This document shows positions 7,964 through 16,926 of a stretch of DNA of 31,781 nucleotides, in pieces. Position numbers and translations under genes: made by a program. Within the stretch, counting starts at the first letter, position 1. Every line of letters begins with the position of its first letter. The notes under the pieces are model-generated. The model was not told the DNA's origin. It saw only the letters and a list, made by a program, of their open reading frames with translations, and made no database searches. Location: IMG/VR virus record IMGVR_UViG_3300038321_000091, positions 1-31,781 of that record; one strand, given 5' to 3'. Source of the stretch: a virus (taxonomy: Duplodnaviria; Caudoviricetes).

Positions 7964-8401
7964 ATGTACAACTGGTTTGAATGTAAAGTGCGTTACGACA
8001 AAACGCAGGAAAACGGAGTGATAAAAACCGTTACGGAGCCTTATTTGGTGGACGCCCTCTCCTTTACCGAGGCGGAGGAACGGATTGTAAAGGAAATGGA
8101 ACCGTTTATCGGCGGCGTGTTTTCAGTTTCCGATATCCGGCGCAAAAAGTTCGCTGAAACTATTTTAAATGAAAATGGCGACCGTTATTATAACGCCCGA
8201 CTGGCATTCATCACGCTTGACGAGAAAAGCGGATCGGAAAAGAAAACAGCCGTCAATATGCTCGTACAGGCTTCGTCCCTGAGGGAGGCCATGGACATTG
8301 TTGAAGGTGAAATGGCAAAGACGATGGTTGATTACGACTTTATCGGTATTACTGAAACCGCTATTGTAGATGTTTTTCCCTATTCTGAGCAACCGGAATA
8401 A
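7964..8401 (+). CDS. DUF4494-like protein
   Basis: WFECKVRYDK...EPYLVDALSFTEAE and FITLDEKSGSEKK, recognised as this Bacteroidota family. Confidence 0.85.
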   Translation: MYNWFECKVRYDKTQENGVIKTVTEPYLVDALSFTEAEERIVKEMEPFIGGVFSVSDIRRKKFAETILNENGDRYYNARLAFITLDEKSGSEKKTAVNMLVQASSLREAMDIVEGEMAKTMVDYDFIGITETAIVDVFPYSEQPE

Positions 8402-8445
8402 TCCACGACGGTTCTTGGGCGGGGTTCGATTCCCCGTCGTGGAGC
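8402..8445 (+). ncRNA. tRNA-like mini-element 2 (7-bp acceptor stem + T-arm)
   Basis: TCCACGA 8402-8408 pairs with TCGTGGA 8437-8443; T-arm CGGGG-TTCGATT-CCCCG at 8420-8436; an 11-nt linker replaces the D and anticodon arms. Confidence 0.65.
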
Positions 8446-8476
8446 AAAATTTATTAACACTAAAAATTAGACCCTT

Positions 8477-8587
8477 ATGAACGATTTAGCAAGTTTTGCA
8501 CTCATGTTCGGATTGCTATCGGTAATAATATCTCTTTGTTTAGTTGTAGCCATTAAAGAAGCGAAAAACTCAAAAAACCATGATTAG
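8477..8587 (+). CDS. 36-aa single-TM peptide (not in the ORF track)
   Basis: MNDLASFALMFGLLSVIISLCLVVAIKEAKNSKNHD*; AT-rich leader; overlaps the next start codon. Confidence 0.55.
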   Translation: MNDLASFALMFGLLSVIISLCLVVAIKEAKNSKNHD

Positions 8588-8843
8588 CGAATTTTCAAGT
8601 AAAGTAGGCATTCCTGTAGAGGAAATTCTCGGCAGGAGCCGCGAGCGAATGGCTGTCGATGCAAGACATTTATACTGGCGGCTGCTCCGCGACAAGAAAA
8701 ATTTTACGGTAACGGTCATAGCCAGGCTTAACGAAAGAACACACGCCACGGTTGTTCATGGACTTAAAAAAGCTGATGACCTGCTGGAGACCGGGGATGC
8801 GTATACGGTAAAAATGTGGGATAAGATTAAGGATATTCTGTAA
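8580..8843 (+). CDS. DnaA C-terminal-domain-like HTH protein
   Basis: EEILGRSR...DARHLY...IARLNERTHATVVHG matches the Bac_DnaA_C pattern (R-D-H-T-T-V-x-H). Confidence 0.8.
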   Translation: MISEFSSKVGIPVEEILGRSRERMAVDARHLYWRLLRDKKNFTVTVIARLNERTHATVVHGLKKADDLLETGDAYTVKMWDKIKDIL

Positions 8844-8851
8844 GATAAGTT

Positions 8852-9736
8852 ATGAGCTACACACCTACAGCTAAAAGCTATTTTTCAGGAGGGGGACTAA
8901 TGGACTTAGGGCTACTAAATGCCGGAATAGATATCATACAGTCGCTCGAAATAGACTTAACTTGTGTTGAGACTTTGAAAAGGAACTTTTCTCACAAGAT
9001 AATACATACGGATATTAAGGATCAAAAGGTTTTGGATCAACCTAAATCCGATATCATAGTAGGCACTTACCCTTGTAAGAGATATTCTACAATAGCGGAT
9101 ATACATGGAACCCGAACAGGAGAAGAATTGTTTCTTCATTTTTTCAGACACATAGCACTTGAAAAGCCAGAAATGTATATATGCGAGAATGTGCCAGGGA
9201 TGAAAAAATTCCAGATAGTGATGGAAGCTATGACAAAGTTACCCGACTACTATGTGAATGTATTTTGCCCGGTTAATGCTTTAAACTGGCTCCCTCAAGA
9301 CCGAAAACGTCTTATAATATTTGGAACAAAAAAAAGATTCTCCATAAACCCTCCTAAAAATCAAAAAAGAGTACTGCTGTCTGATATAATTGAAGAGTGT
9401 CCGGAAATGGAAATACCTGATCACGTACTTAACAGGATCCAAGGGAAATATAGAGACTATCCAATAGTATCTGACCCATACGATTCAAACAGCGTAGCCC
9501 CCACTTGTGTAGCCCATTATGCAAAGGATAGGAGCACAAGGCTTGTAAAAGATCGCTCACATCCATTGGGCGTCAGACCGTACTCAGTTAAAGAATATGC
9601 GAGACTACAAGGCGTTCCGGATTCTTTCTACTTCTCCGGCGGTGATAACGATGCTTATAGAATGATCGGTAACGGTGTGCCCGTAAATTTAGCTGAATGG
9701 ATTGGCAATGAAGCAATAAAATATTTTAACGTGTAA
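8852..9736 (+). CDS. Orphan DNA (cytosine-5) methyltransferase
   Basis: Motif I FSGGG, IV YPC, VI ENV, VIII QDRKR, IX RLQG and X GNGV, in canonical order. Confidence 0.93.
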   Translation: MSYTPTAKSYFSGGGLMDLGLLNAGIDIIQSLEIDLTCVETLKRNFSHKIIHTDIKDQKVLDQPKSDIIVGTYPCKRYSTIADIHGTRTGEELFLHFFRHIALEKPEMYICENVPGMKKFQIVMEAMTKLPDYYVNVFCPVNALNWLPQDRKRLIIFGTKKRFSINPPKNQKRVLLSDIIEECPEMEIPDHVLNRIQGKYRDYPIVSDPYDSNSVAPTCVAHYAKDRSTRLVKDRSHPLGVRPYSVKEYARLQGVPDSFYFSGGDNDAYRMIGNGVPVNLAEWIGNEAIKYFNV

Positions 9737-9746
9737 GTGAACAAAT

Positions 9747-10139
9747 ATGATCATAGCAGTAGATTTTGACGGGACAATCGTACATGATGACTATCCCCGT
9801 ATAGGTGATCCTGTTACGGGAGCCATAGAAACCCTCAGGAAGCTGAAAAAAGAAGGTTATATTCTTATTCTCTGGACATGTAGAACGGGGCTATTATTAG
9901 CGCAAGCGGTAAAATTTTGCGCCGAGAACGGAATCAGATTTGATGCCATTAATGCCAACCCGAGGTCGGAGGTCATAAAATGGAAAAGCGACCCGCGCAA
10001 AGTAGGGGCAGATATTTATATCGATGATAGGGGTCTGGGGAAATTGCCGTCGTGGGACGAGATATATAAAATTGTCCATCGTCGGGTTCCGGATGCACTA
10101 GACAGGTTGGATATGAGTTATGGGTTTGCTCCTAGGTAG
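9747..10139 (+). CDS. HAD-superfamily phosphatase-like protein (BT0820-like)
   Basis: IAVDFDGTI, LWTCR and K...ADIYIDDR motifs. Confidence 0.88.
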   Translation: MIIAVDFDGTIVHDDYPRIGDPVTGAIETLRKLKKEGYILILWTCRTGLLLAQAVKFCAENGIRFDAINANPRSEVIKWKSDPRKVGADIYIDDRGLGKLPSWDEIYKIVHRRVPDALDRLDMSYGFAPR

Positions 10140-10282
10140 CTAAACTATCAGAACATTTAAAGCGATGGGCCGTGTTTTTATTCGGATTTTATTGATTTAT
10201 ACCGCATTTGTTTGTAAAAAACGGGGGCAGTTATCAAAAATATACAATTCTAAAATAGTGAAATATAATACAGATTTAATAT

Positions 10283-10290
10283 TATCTTTG
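10283..10290 (+). promoter_or_regulatory. Bacteroidota sigma-A -7 box for the moron operon
   Basis: TATCTTTG matches TAnnTTTG exactly, 21 bp upstream of ATG 10312 in an AT-rich gap. Confidence 0.65.
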
Positions 10291-10311
10291 TAAATAAAAT
10301 ATATATAGGTC

Positions 10312-11130
10312 ATGGATAGTACTGAAAATATAGGAAATAATGCCTTATCAATAGTTACATTTGAAGATTTTAAAAATACTAATGGGTTAACATATTGGTG
10401 GGCTTCTGAGTTAATGGTAATGCTCGGATATCAAAATATGAAATCATTTCAAAAAGTTTTAGATAGGGCCACTAAGGCCATGGTTTCTTTAAATATCCCT
10501 CATTATGAAAATATAATTGCCGAACAGAGAGAGGTTAATGGCGAAATTATTCAAGATTTTAAGTTAACAAGATTTGCCTGTTATATTGCCTCAATGAACG
10601 GTGATCCTAAAAAACCGGAGGTGGCAATCGCGCAAGCTTATTTTGCTCAACAAACACGAAAGTTTGAGCTCTATGTGGAAAACGCTCAGGAGATTGATAG
10701 GATACTGATACGTGACGAGCTTACTGATGGAAATAAATCACTTGCATCTACCGTAAAACATGCTGGAGTAGTAGATTATGCTAAATTTCAAAATGCTGGC
10801 TATGTGGGCATGTATAATATGGAATCCTGGAAGCTTGCAAGGATGAGAAATGTTGAGAAAAATAAACTATTTGATTCCATGGGTAGGACTGAGCTTGCTG
10901 CCAATTTATTTCGTGTAACTCAAACTGAGGAACGTATAAAGAGCCATGGCATAAAAGGACAGCATAATCTTGAACAAACTCATTTTGAGGTTGGCCGTGA
11001 AGTCAGAGACATTATTATAAAGAACGTGGGGAAAAAACCAGAAAACTTACCACAGGAAAAACAATTGCCCGAAGTAAAAAAAGAGCTTAAGAAAGGGTAT
11101 AGGAATATGAAAAAAATTGATAACAAATGA
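10312..11130 (+). CDS. DinD-like (BRO-N family) DNA-damage-inducible protein
   Basis: FED...YWWASELMVMLGY, LTRFACY...NGDPKKPEVAIAQAYFA, DSMGRTELAANLFRVTQTE and HFEVGREVR, as in DinD. Confidence 0.85.
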   Translation: MDSTENIGNNALSIVTFEDFKNTNGLTYWWASELMVMLGYQNMKSFQKVLDRATKAMVSLNIPHYENIIAEQREVNGEIIQDFKLTRFACYIASMNGDPKKPEVAIAQAYFAQQTRKFELYVENAQEIDRILIRDELTDGNKSLASTVKHAGVVDYAKFQNAGYVGMYNMESWKLARMRNVEKNKLFDSMGRTELAANLFRVTQTEERIKSHGIKGQHNLEQTHFEVGREVRDIIIKNVGKKPENLPQEKQLPEVKKELKKGYRNMKKIDNK

Positions 11131-11174
11131 CTACCTGTTGATGTTTTGTGAAAAATAATTAACTAAAAATGGAT

Positions 11175-11570
11175 ATGAAAAAAATTACGTTTTATTCTAT
11201 TTTATTATTATTGGCCATCGTTTCCTGCAGTAAAGATGAGCCCGAGGTTATTGAGGAGCCTAAAAATCCAATGATCGGTACGAAGTGGGAAGCTCCTGAC
11301 GAAATAGCAACGCTTATTTGGGGATCAACAATAAGCCGCTTAGAGTTTCTTGACGATAAAAACTTTCAGGATATTTCAATCACTAAGGGAGTAGTTAGAG
11401 GAACTGAAGATGGTACATACACCCATAAGGATGGAAAGGTCGTATTAACTTATCCTAAATACTTTTCCGACGGGAGAGATCGTGTTTTAAATTGTGAGGT
11501 GAAGGGCAGTCTTTTAATAACAGATCAGGGGCAGCCGTCCGGTGGGAATATGACATATCAGAAGAAATAA
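11175..11570 (+). CDS. Lipoprotein, possibly lipocalin-like
   Basis: Signal peptide MKKITFYSILLLLAIVS-C followed by acidic SKDEPEVIEE; MIGTKW motif. Alternative start at 11169. Confidence 0.8.
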   Translation: MKKITFYSILLLLAIVSCSKDEPEVIEEPKNPMIGTKWEAPDEIATLIWGSTISRLEFLDDKNFQDISITKGVVRGTEDGTYTHKDGKVVLTYPKYFSDGRDRVLNCEVKGSLLITDQGQPSGGNMTYQKK

Positions 11571-11571
11571 G

Positions 11572-11598
11572 AAAAAGCGGGGCACCCCCGCTTTTTTT
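11572..11598. terminator. Bidirectional intrinsic terminator between convergent operons
   Basis: AAAAAGCGGGG-CAC-CCCCGCTTTTTTT. Confidence 0.9.
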
Positions 11599-11599
11599 G

Positions 11600-12040
11600 T
11601 TATACTACCGCCGTTTCGTCCTCGAAGTTGAGTGCTAAATCAATGGTGTAAATAAACAGCCCGTGACGGCTGTTTTCTTTTCCCTGCCGTGTTCTAGAGA
11701 GCGTGTCGAAATGTGAGGTGCCAAAACCCTGTAAGGCGGCGTAAACGTCTGCAATTACGTCATAAGGCTCCAGTGCCTTTTCTATATGTTCTGCCGGTGT
11801 GGCGCTGTCGGTTTTCATTTGTTGGTCAAACGCCAGGCGAACACGAAGCTGAGCGCTACAGTCCTGTATATGATCGGTAATGTTTTTGGCCCCGGTTACC
11901 GAAATAGTGAGCAACGCACATGGGAACGCAACGGCCGGCCGCTCAGATGATTCCAGCTGCCCCTTATCAAAATCCGTCCAGCGGATCGCCGGAACTTTTT
12001 CCTTTAATCGTGCCATTATGGCGGTGTAAATTGTTTTCAT
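11600..12040 (-). CDS. Mu gp37-like tail terminator/completion protein
   Basis: 146 aa; DFDKGQLE...PAVAFPCALL and VYAALQG; last gene of the head-completion block. Confidence 0.65.
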   Translation of the reverse strand: MKTIYTAIMARLKEKVPAIRWTDFDKGQLESSERPAVAFPCALLTISVTGAKNITDHIQDCSAQLRVRLAFDQQMKTDSATPAEHIEKALEPYDVIADVYAALQGFGTSHFDTLSRTRQGKENSRHGLFIYTIDLALNFEDETAVV

Positions 12041-12051
12041 TTAAATGTTGT

Positions 12052-12552
12052 TTAATCGGTTTTTAAAATGCGGATCATCTCGCGTTTTATCTTCGCGTTG
12101 ATGTTTCGAACCAGTACGACAGATTTTCCCATAAACGGGCGCGGTGTCATTTGAAACTCCTTTTTACCGTATATCTTAGCTCGCCCACCGTACTGGTGCA
12201 CACTGGCGTAAGGCTTATCGTTTACGATTCGCACGCCGTTGGCAATTCGCCGGAATGCAATGGCGTTTTGCAGCTCCCTGGTTTCACCAGTTAGTATCTT
12301 AGCCGTTGTGCGGGAGTTTGAAAATTTTCCCAGTTGTCCGCTGTGGCCATACCACTTTGATTCAGGATCACGACGCTTGACATCTTTCCAGGGATTGAGG
12401 ACTTCATCCGTAAAGCCTTCTTCGGCAAATGACTGTTTATAATGATTCACAGCCTCAACGCCTAGAATGTCCTTAATTGCATCTCCGTTTGTAAACTCCC
12501 GGATCTTTTGCATCTTCTCCGGGAAACGCTTTGCGAAATCCTTTATATCCAT
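12052..12552 (-). CDS. Phage virion morphogenesis protein (Mu gpG-like)
   Basis: F...W...KRR, KILTGETRELQNAI, PYASVHQYG and PRPFMG motifs. Confidence 0.88.
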   Translation of the reverse strand: MDIKDFAKRFPEKMQKIREFTNGDAIKDILGVEAVNHYKQSFAEEGFTDEVLNPWKDVKRRDPESKWYGHSGQLGKFSNSRTTAKILTGETRELQNAIAFRRIANGVRIVNDKPYASVHQYGGRAKIYGKKEFQMTPRPFMGKSVVLVRNINAKIKREMIRILKTD

Positions 12553-14663
12553 TATTCGTCCTCCTCATCAGTAATTGAATCGAGATATTCCTTAAACAGA
12601 TCTTTGGCGATATCGATTACTAACTTTCTGTCGGATTTTTTCGTTTCCTCATAGTAGGTCGTTTTATCGATCTTCACGAACTCGGCAGATTTGCCTGGAT
12701 TGTTTTTAAATGTGGGCTTTTCTCCACCAGGCTCGGGAACATCTGTAATCTCTTTGTCAGTTTGCTTAACCGAACAGGAGCAATTCCAGTCACTTGGTGG
12801 CATATGGGTATCCCACCACGGATGATCTATCGGAAGTACGGTACCAACCCAATCCAGGTGCAACTCACGCGGATGCACTGCCGTAGTACGTACATATTCC
12901 AGGTTAGGATATAGATCCTTTGTCTCAAGCATCTTGCGATAGTTAACTGCGCTCCTGGCTGCTTTTACTGCAGTATTGAATTCGGTTCTCAGCCAGTTCT
13001 GATTGTAGTCTTTCGATATCTCAAGCGCCAGTTTTTTGAACTTCCGGAATGATCGCATGTTGCCATCTTCGTCAATTATGAGCGTGGCAATTTCTTTTGT
13101 CTGCTGATGATTTTTGAAAGCTGAAAATACAGCTGCATTCCGCTTGAACTCATTTATAAACTCGGCATTTTTCTTTCCGAATTCAGGTTCATCAAAAGCC
13201 TTGTCTATTCCTTGCTGCAGTGCCGCATTGGTGATTGAAAACAGAGGCTTTGAAACGACTGGTTGATCCTTTTCATTTTTCGCATTGTTGTACAGTTCAT
13301 CGATTGCCTGCTGAAGCAAGTTATCGAGATCTATGCGATAAGGATCATCGTCGGCCAGTTTAATGACTTTCGTACTGCCAATTAATTTTCTGATGAAGTT
13401 GCGAATGCCCCGCTCCTTTGTCGGGGCGAAAACGAAAAAATCGGATAACTTTTTCTTTTTGGGTGGCTCTTTTTTATCGTGTTTATCCGTGTCATCATTA
13501 TCGGATTTTCCGTTTTCAGGTTCTGTCGGCTGCGCGTTCAGGCGCTGCAGTATGATATCGTCTTTTTCGGCTGCTGGAATCCCCCACCGCTCCTGCACGT
13601 AGTAGGCCGGGATTGAAAGTACACCGGAAAGCTTAATAATCTGGTCAACCGTTAGTCCCTCTATGGCCTTTGGAAAAACGAACGAACCGCCTTTTACCGG
13701 AAATCCTCGGCGTTCTAGAATGGGCAGGAATTTATGGTTCAACACTCGCTGCACGAATCTCAGATCGTGTTTGTTCACTTCCTCCTCCACCTCCTTGTGT
13801 ACTTGCCCCTGCGAGCGGCTTGCGCCGTCCTTGGTGGTCATTGTCTGGGAGAGGATAGTAATTAAAATTTGTTCGTCAAGCGTGGCAATAAAATCCTTAT
13901 ATAACGTACCCCCACCGTTTCCTGTATTTTTTTCTGTTTCAACATCCGTCTCTTTGGGAACTATAAGTGTTGCCGCCCCTCCCTGCGTATTAAACGCCTG
14001 TTCAAGAGCCCTTCGTGCCTCAATGTCATGAACGCTGTACTTCCCAATCCTCTGCGGCATCCCGAAAATTTCAACCATCTGTGCCCAATCTCCAATCCCC
14101 CCGCGTTTTAAAATAGCGTATGGACAGGCCCGAAGCAAAAGCCCATGTTTTTGTTTTCGCGACTTCACTTCGAGCACATCTAGCTTGTCGTAGCTTATCT
14201 GCCCCTCCGGATCAGTTTCATTTACAGCGATGGTTTTTGTTTCCGGACGAATATGTTTTCGAGGAACGCTGTATACATCCATCCCGTTTTCAGTAAATGC
14301 GAACTCAATTAGTGAAAACTCCCAGAACACGGCTTTAATGATCTCCTCAAGAAGGTACTCGAACTCGTCTGTATCGATGAACTCGATCATGTCCTCGCTC
14401 TCGGTACCGTCGGCATATTGAAATGTCAAGTCCGAGCCGGTTACTGCCCTTATCCGTTTGTCTATTGCGTCCCCGAGCACTCCATCGGTAAGAATATTCT
14501 CATATAGATCGAACAGGTCTTTGCGTCTTCCTCGGTCCGCCATCTTCATGGCATCCGACCATTTTCCAACATCTAAAATCTGCCTATTGACCGGCTTAAC
14601 AATGATCTGGTTTACAACGATCGATTGTTTTTTATCATTATTTTTTACGAATCCTACTGACAT
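12552..14663 (-). CDS. Portal protein (DUF935/Mu gp29-like) fused to a Mu gpF-like minor head protein
   Basis: N-terminal part: WAQMVEIFGMPQRIGKY, ILSQTMTT, SQGQVH. C-terminal part: WLRTEFNTA, RELHLDWVG...DHPWW...PPSDWNCSC. ATG at 14663 preferred over TTG at 14669. Confidence 0.88.
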   Translation of the reverse strand: MSVGFVKNNDKKQSIVVNQIIVKPVNRQILDVGKWSDAMKMADRGRRKDLFDLYENILTDGVLGDAIDKRIRAVTGSDLTFQYADGTESEDMIEFIDTDEFEYLLEEIIKAVFWEFSLIEFAFTENGMDVYSVPRKHIRPETKTIAVNETDPEGQISYDKLDVLEVKSRKQKHGLLLRACPYAILKRGGIGDWAQMVEIFGMPQRIGKYSVHDIEARRALEQAFNTQGGAATLIVPKETDVETEKNTGNGGGTLYKDFIATLDEQILITILSQTMTTKDGASRSQGQVHKEVEEEVNKHDLRFVQRVLNHKFLPILERRGFPVKGGSFVFPKAIEGLTVDQIIKLSGVLSIPAYYVQERWGIPAAEKDDIILQRLNAQPTEPENGKSDNDDTDKHDKKEPPKKKKLSDFFVFAPTKERGIRNFIRKLIGSTKVIKLADDDPYRIDLDNLLQQAIDELYNNAKNEKDQPVVSKPLFSITNAALQQGIDKAFDEPEFGKKNAEFINEFKRNAAVFSAFKNHQQTKEIATLIIDEDGNMRSFRKFKKLALEISKDYNQNWLRTEFNTAVKAARSAVNYRKMLETKDLYPNLEYVRTTAVHPRELHLDWVGTVLPIDHPWWDTHMPPSDWNCSCSVKQTDKEITDVPEPGGEKPTFKNNPGKSAEFVKIDKTTYYEETKKSDRKLVIDIAKDLFKEYLDSITDEEDE

Positions 14664-14665
14664 AA

Positions 14666-15085
14666 TCAAAAATGGTTGTTTCTTTTTTGGTTAGAACTAA
14701 ATAAAATTAATCCCGTTTTAGTATCGTCCGGCAAGGCGGGCAAATCGGGTGTAACATTGCCCTTTTGTACCGATTTAAGCCAGTCTATTGCCCGTTCGTA
14801 CCTGTCCTGCCTTAGCTGCAAGTCGGTACCGGCGTTACACAGGTTTACAAAGTGCCAGACGGCAATATCTTTAATGAAAATCAATAACAGTGCATTACGT
14901 GTGTCCGGATCGCTCTTCACCTTTTCAAACTCGGCCTTTATGTCGAACGCGGTCAGATAACCTTTTGCCTCAACGACAGCGGCCTCGATCGCAGCCTGGA
15001 TAATTGTATCATCAGACCGCGCAATCACGTCTATATTTTCGGCGTATAGGTGTGTTTTTAGTTCGTCTGTTGAAATATATGCCAT
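14666..15085 (-). CDS. Mu gp36/DUF1320-like head-tail adaptor
   Basis: EAKGYL...KDIAVWH...RYERAIDWLKSVQKG. Confidence 0.85.
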   Translation of the reverse strand: MAYISTDELKTHLYAENIDVIARSDDTIIQAAIEAAVVEAKGYLTAFDIKAEFEKVKSDPDTRNALLLIFIKDIAVWHFVNLCNAGTDLQLRQDRYERAIDWLKSVQKGNVTPDLPALPDDTKTGLILFSSNQKRNNHF

Positions 15086-15089
15086 ATGA

Positions 15090-15392
15090 TTAAGGTTTAA
15101 ATTGATTATACTTGGGATTGGGATGGCGAGGTATACCGTCGATTGTGTCGAAAAGGCAAATTTTAGCGAGTTTTTGTGTGTTAATACCCTGTCTGAAAAC
15201 CCCCGCTCTCTTATGCATTTTTATATCTTCACGGGTAAACACCCGGTATTTGCCGCCGATGAAATAAACATAACTGCGTTTTTTCCCCTGGCATGCCTTA
15301 CGCACTGCTCTCTTGTAATTGTACATATTTCCACGCCATCGTAGCCGTAGCGTGTAAAAAAAAATGTAAATTTTTAAAATCAATTTTTTCAT
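15090..15392 (-). CDS. Basic hypothetical protein
   Basis: 100-aa ORF filling the gap between terminase and gp36 with 1-4 bp spacers. Confidence 0.65.
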   Translation of the reverse strand: MKKLILKIYIFFYTLRLRWRGNMYNYKRAVRKACQGKKRSYVYFIGGKYRVFTREDIKMHKRAGVFRQGINTQKLAKICLFDTIDGIPRHPNPKYNQFKP

Positions 15393-15393
15393 T

Positions 15394-16926
15394 TTAATAT
15401 CGTTTTTTGTTGATGTGTCGGATACCCGTTATTAATGATTCGCCGGCAAGAAGCAAAAGCTTATTATTGATGATCCACGATCCGCCCTCTATACAGTCGG
15501 GGCCGTCTGCGGGTGCGGTGAGCTTTGGAGTAACGAGCAGGAACTGCTCCTCGAGCCGCTTCATGTGAGGATTATCCTTTTCCGCTTCGTTTAATATCAG
15601 ATTTCCAAGCCGATTGAGCGGCTCAAGGTTCCCCTCTATACGTGAAAACTTGTCCGGCTTGTTGCGCTCATCGGGAACAATACCGATAAATCCTTTATCT
15701 TTTGCCGCTTCGGTAAAAAGCGGAATAAAAACCTGCTGATAAAACGGGTCCTGCAGTTTGTTATTCTCAACGTAGTTATAAACCTGTGTTTTGTTGCCGG
15801 TATATTCTTTCAAAGCGTAGTACCATTGCACAAACTCGGCATTGGTGGCATGGTTCAGGAACCCGATAATTACGTAAATCTTGCCGTCCAAACCTCCCAG
15901 AAGAAAAACCGACTTCATTGATCCGCTTTTGTTTTTGCTGTTGCTTGGAGACGGGTCGCCGTAAGCAATCAGAAACCGAAAACGGTTAAGCGGCGGTACT
16001 CTGCCCCAGCGCATTTCGGTAAAAACATCGCCCTCAGATAGTGGATTGTTGAAATACTCTTTTTGCGCTGATGCCGTACTGATCAGCGAAAGAATTTTGT
16101 CTATGTCCTCCTCGCTGTTTTTTTGCGGCCAGGTAGATTTCCCGTTTTTATCGCGGATATTGATAACGTCCACGTGATCAGCCTTTTCGATGGCGCGTGT
16201 AATGCAACAATCTTTAGCAATGATGTTGCCGTTGAACAAAATGCGGTAATTTCCAGAAACGCTGACCGTGGGAATGAGCGCTTGCTCAATCCATTCCCAC
16301 TTTTTCTTAATCCGGTCTGGATTACGGGTTTCCTCGTCGGTATCGATATCGTCCACCAGGATAAAATCAGGCCTAAACGATTCATTACGCGTTCCACGGG
16401 GAGACTGCCCCGCACCCAGCGCCCGGAAAGCGCACCCGCCATTGGTAGTGAACTCGCCAATTTCCCAGCTTCCTGGCTTTTGTTGTGTGCCGTAATCGTT
16501 AATGACCCTCGGGTTGCTTTCCAGATTGATCATTACCGGCATTAACAGACGTTCGGCATTATCCTGAGAGTTGGATATCAGCAACACGTTTTTAACCTGT
16601 CCGGTTACTGCCAGTTTGATTACTTCCATCATCGAACGCGATGACTTCGCCAGCTCGCGGCTCCACGCCCGTACTTCGTACCACCGGCTATTGGAAAACA
16701 ACCGCTTAGTCGCTTTTTTGTGAAACGGAGCCGGTTCCTTTTTGTAATACGTAGGAAAATAATAAGCAAACCACGCCTCATTGTCCGATTCCAAACGGGC
16801 CATTCTCATCCGTTTCTCTGGTACCGTCTCGGTATCGTCAACGGTGGCGGCTTCGAGTAGTCCCCGCCGGAACTCATCCCATTCACGCAGTGCATCGCGA
16901 TCCGTTATTTTTAACCGTTTAGACAT
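15394..16926 (-). CDS. terL: Terminase large subunit
   Basis: APFH; Walker A variant WSRELAKSS; GQSPRG; Walker B ILVDD; nuclease-type YGDPS, YVENN and DGPD motifs. Confidence 0.9.
   Translation of the reverse strand: MSKRLKITDRDALREWDEFRRGLLEAATVDDTETVPEKRMRMARLESDNEAWFAYYFPTYYKKEPAPFHKKATKRLFSNSRWYEVRAWSRELAKSSRSMMEVIKLAVTGQVKNVLLISNSQDNAERLLMPVMINLESNPRVINDYGTQQKPGSWEIGEFTTNGGCAFRALGAGQSPRGTRNESFRPDFILVDDIDTDEETRNPDRIKKKWEWIEQALIPTVSVSGNYRILFNGNIIAKDCCITRAIEKADHVDVINIRDKNGKSTWPQKNSEEDIDKILSLISTASAQKEYFNNPLSEGDVFTEMRWGRVPPLNRFRFLIAYGDPSPSNSKNKSGSMKSVFLLGGLDGKIYVIIGFLNHATNAEFVQWYYALKEYTGNKTQVYNYVENNKLQDPFYQQVFIPLFTEAAKDKGFIGIVPDERNKPDKFSRIEGNLEPLNRLGNLILNEAEKDNPHMKRLEEQFLLVTPKLTAPADGPDCIEGGSWIINNKLLLLAGESLITGIRHINKKRY

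Noticed and set aside
8852-10139. Restriction-modification system
   Set aside because: No endonuclease-like neighbour; the flanking genes are an HTH and a HAD protein.
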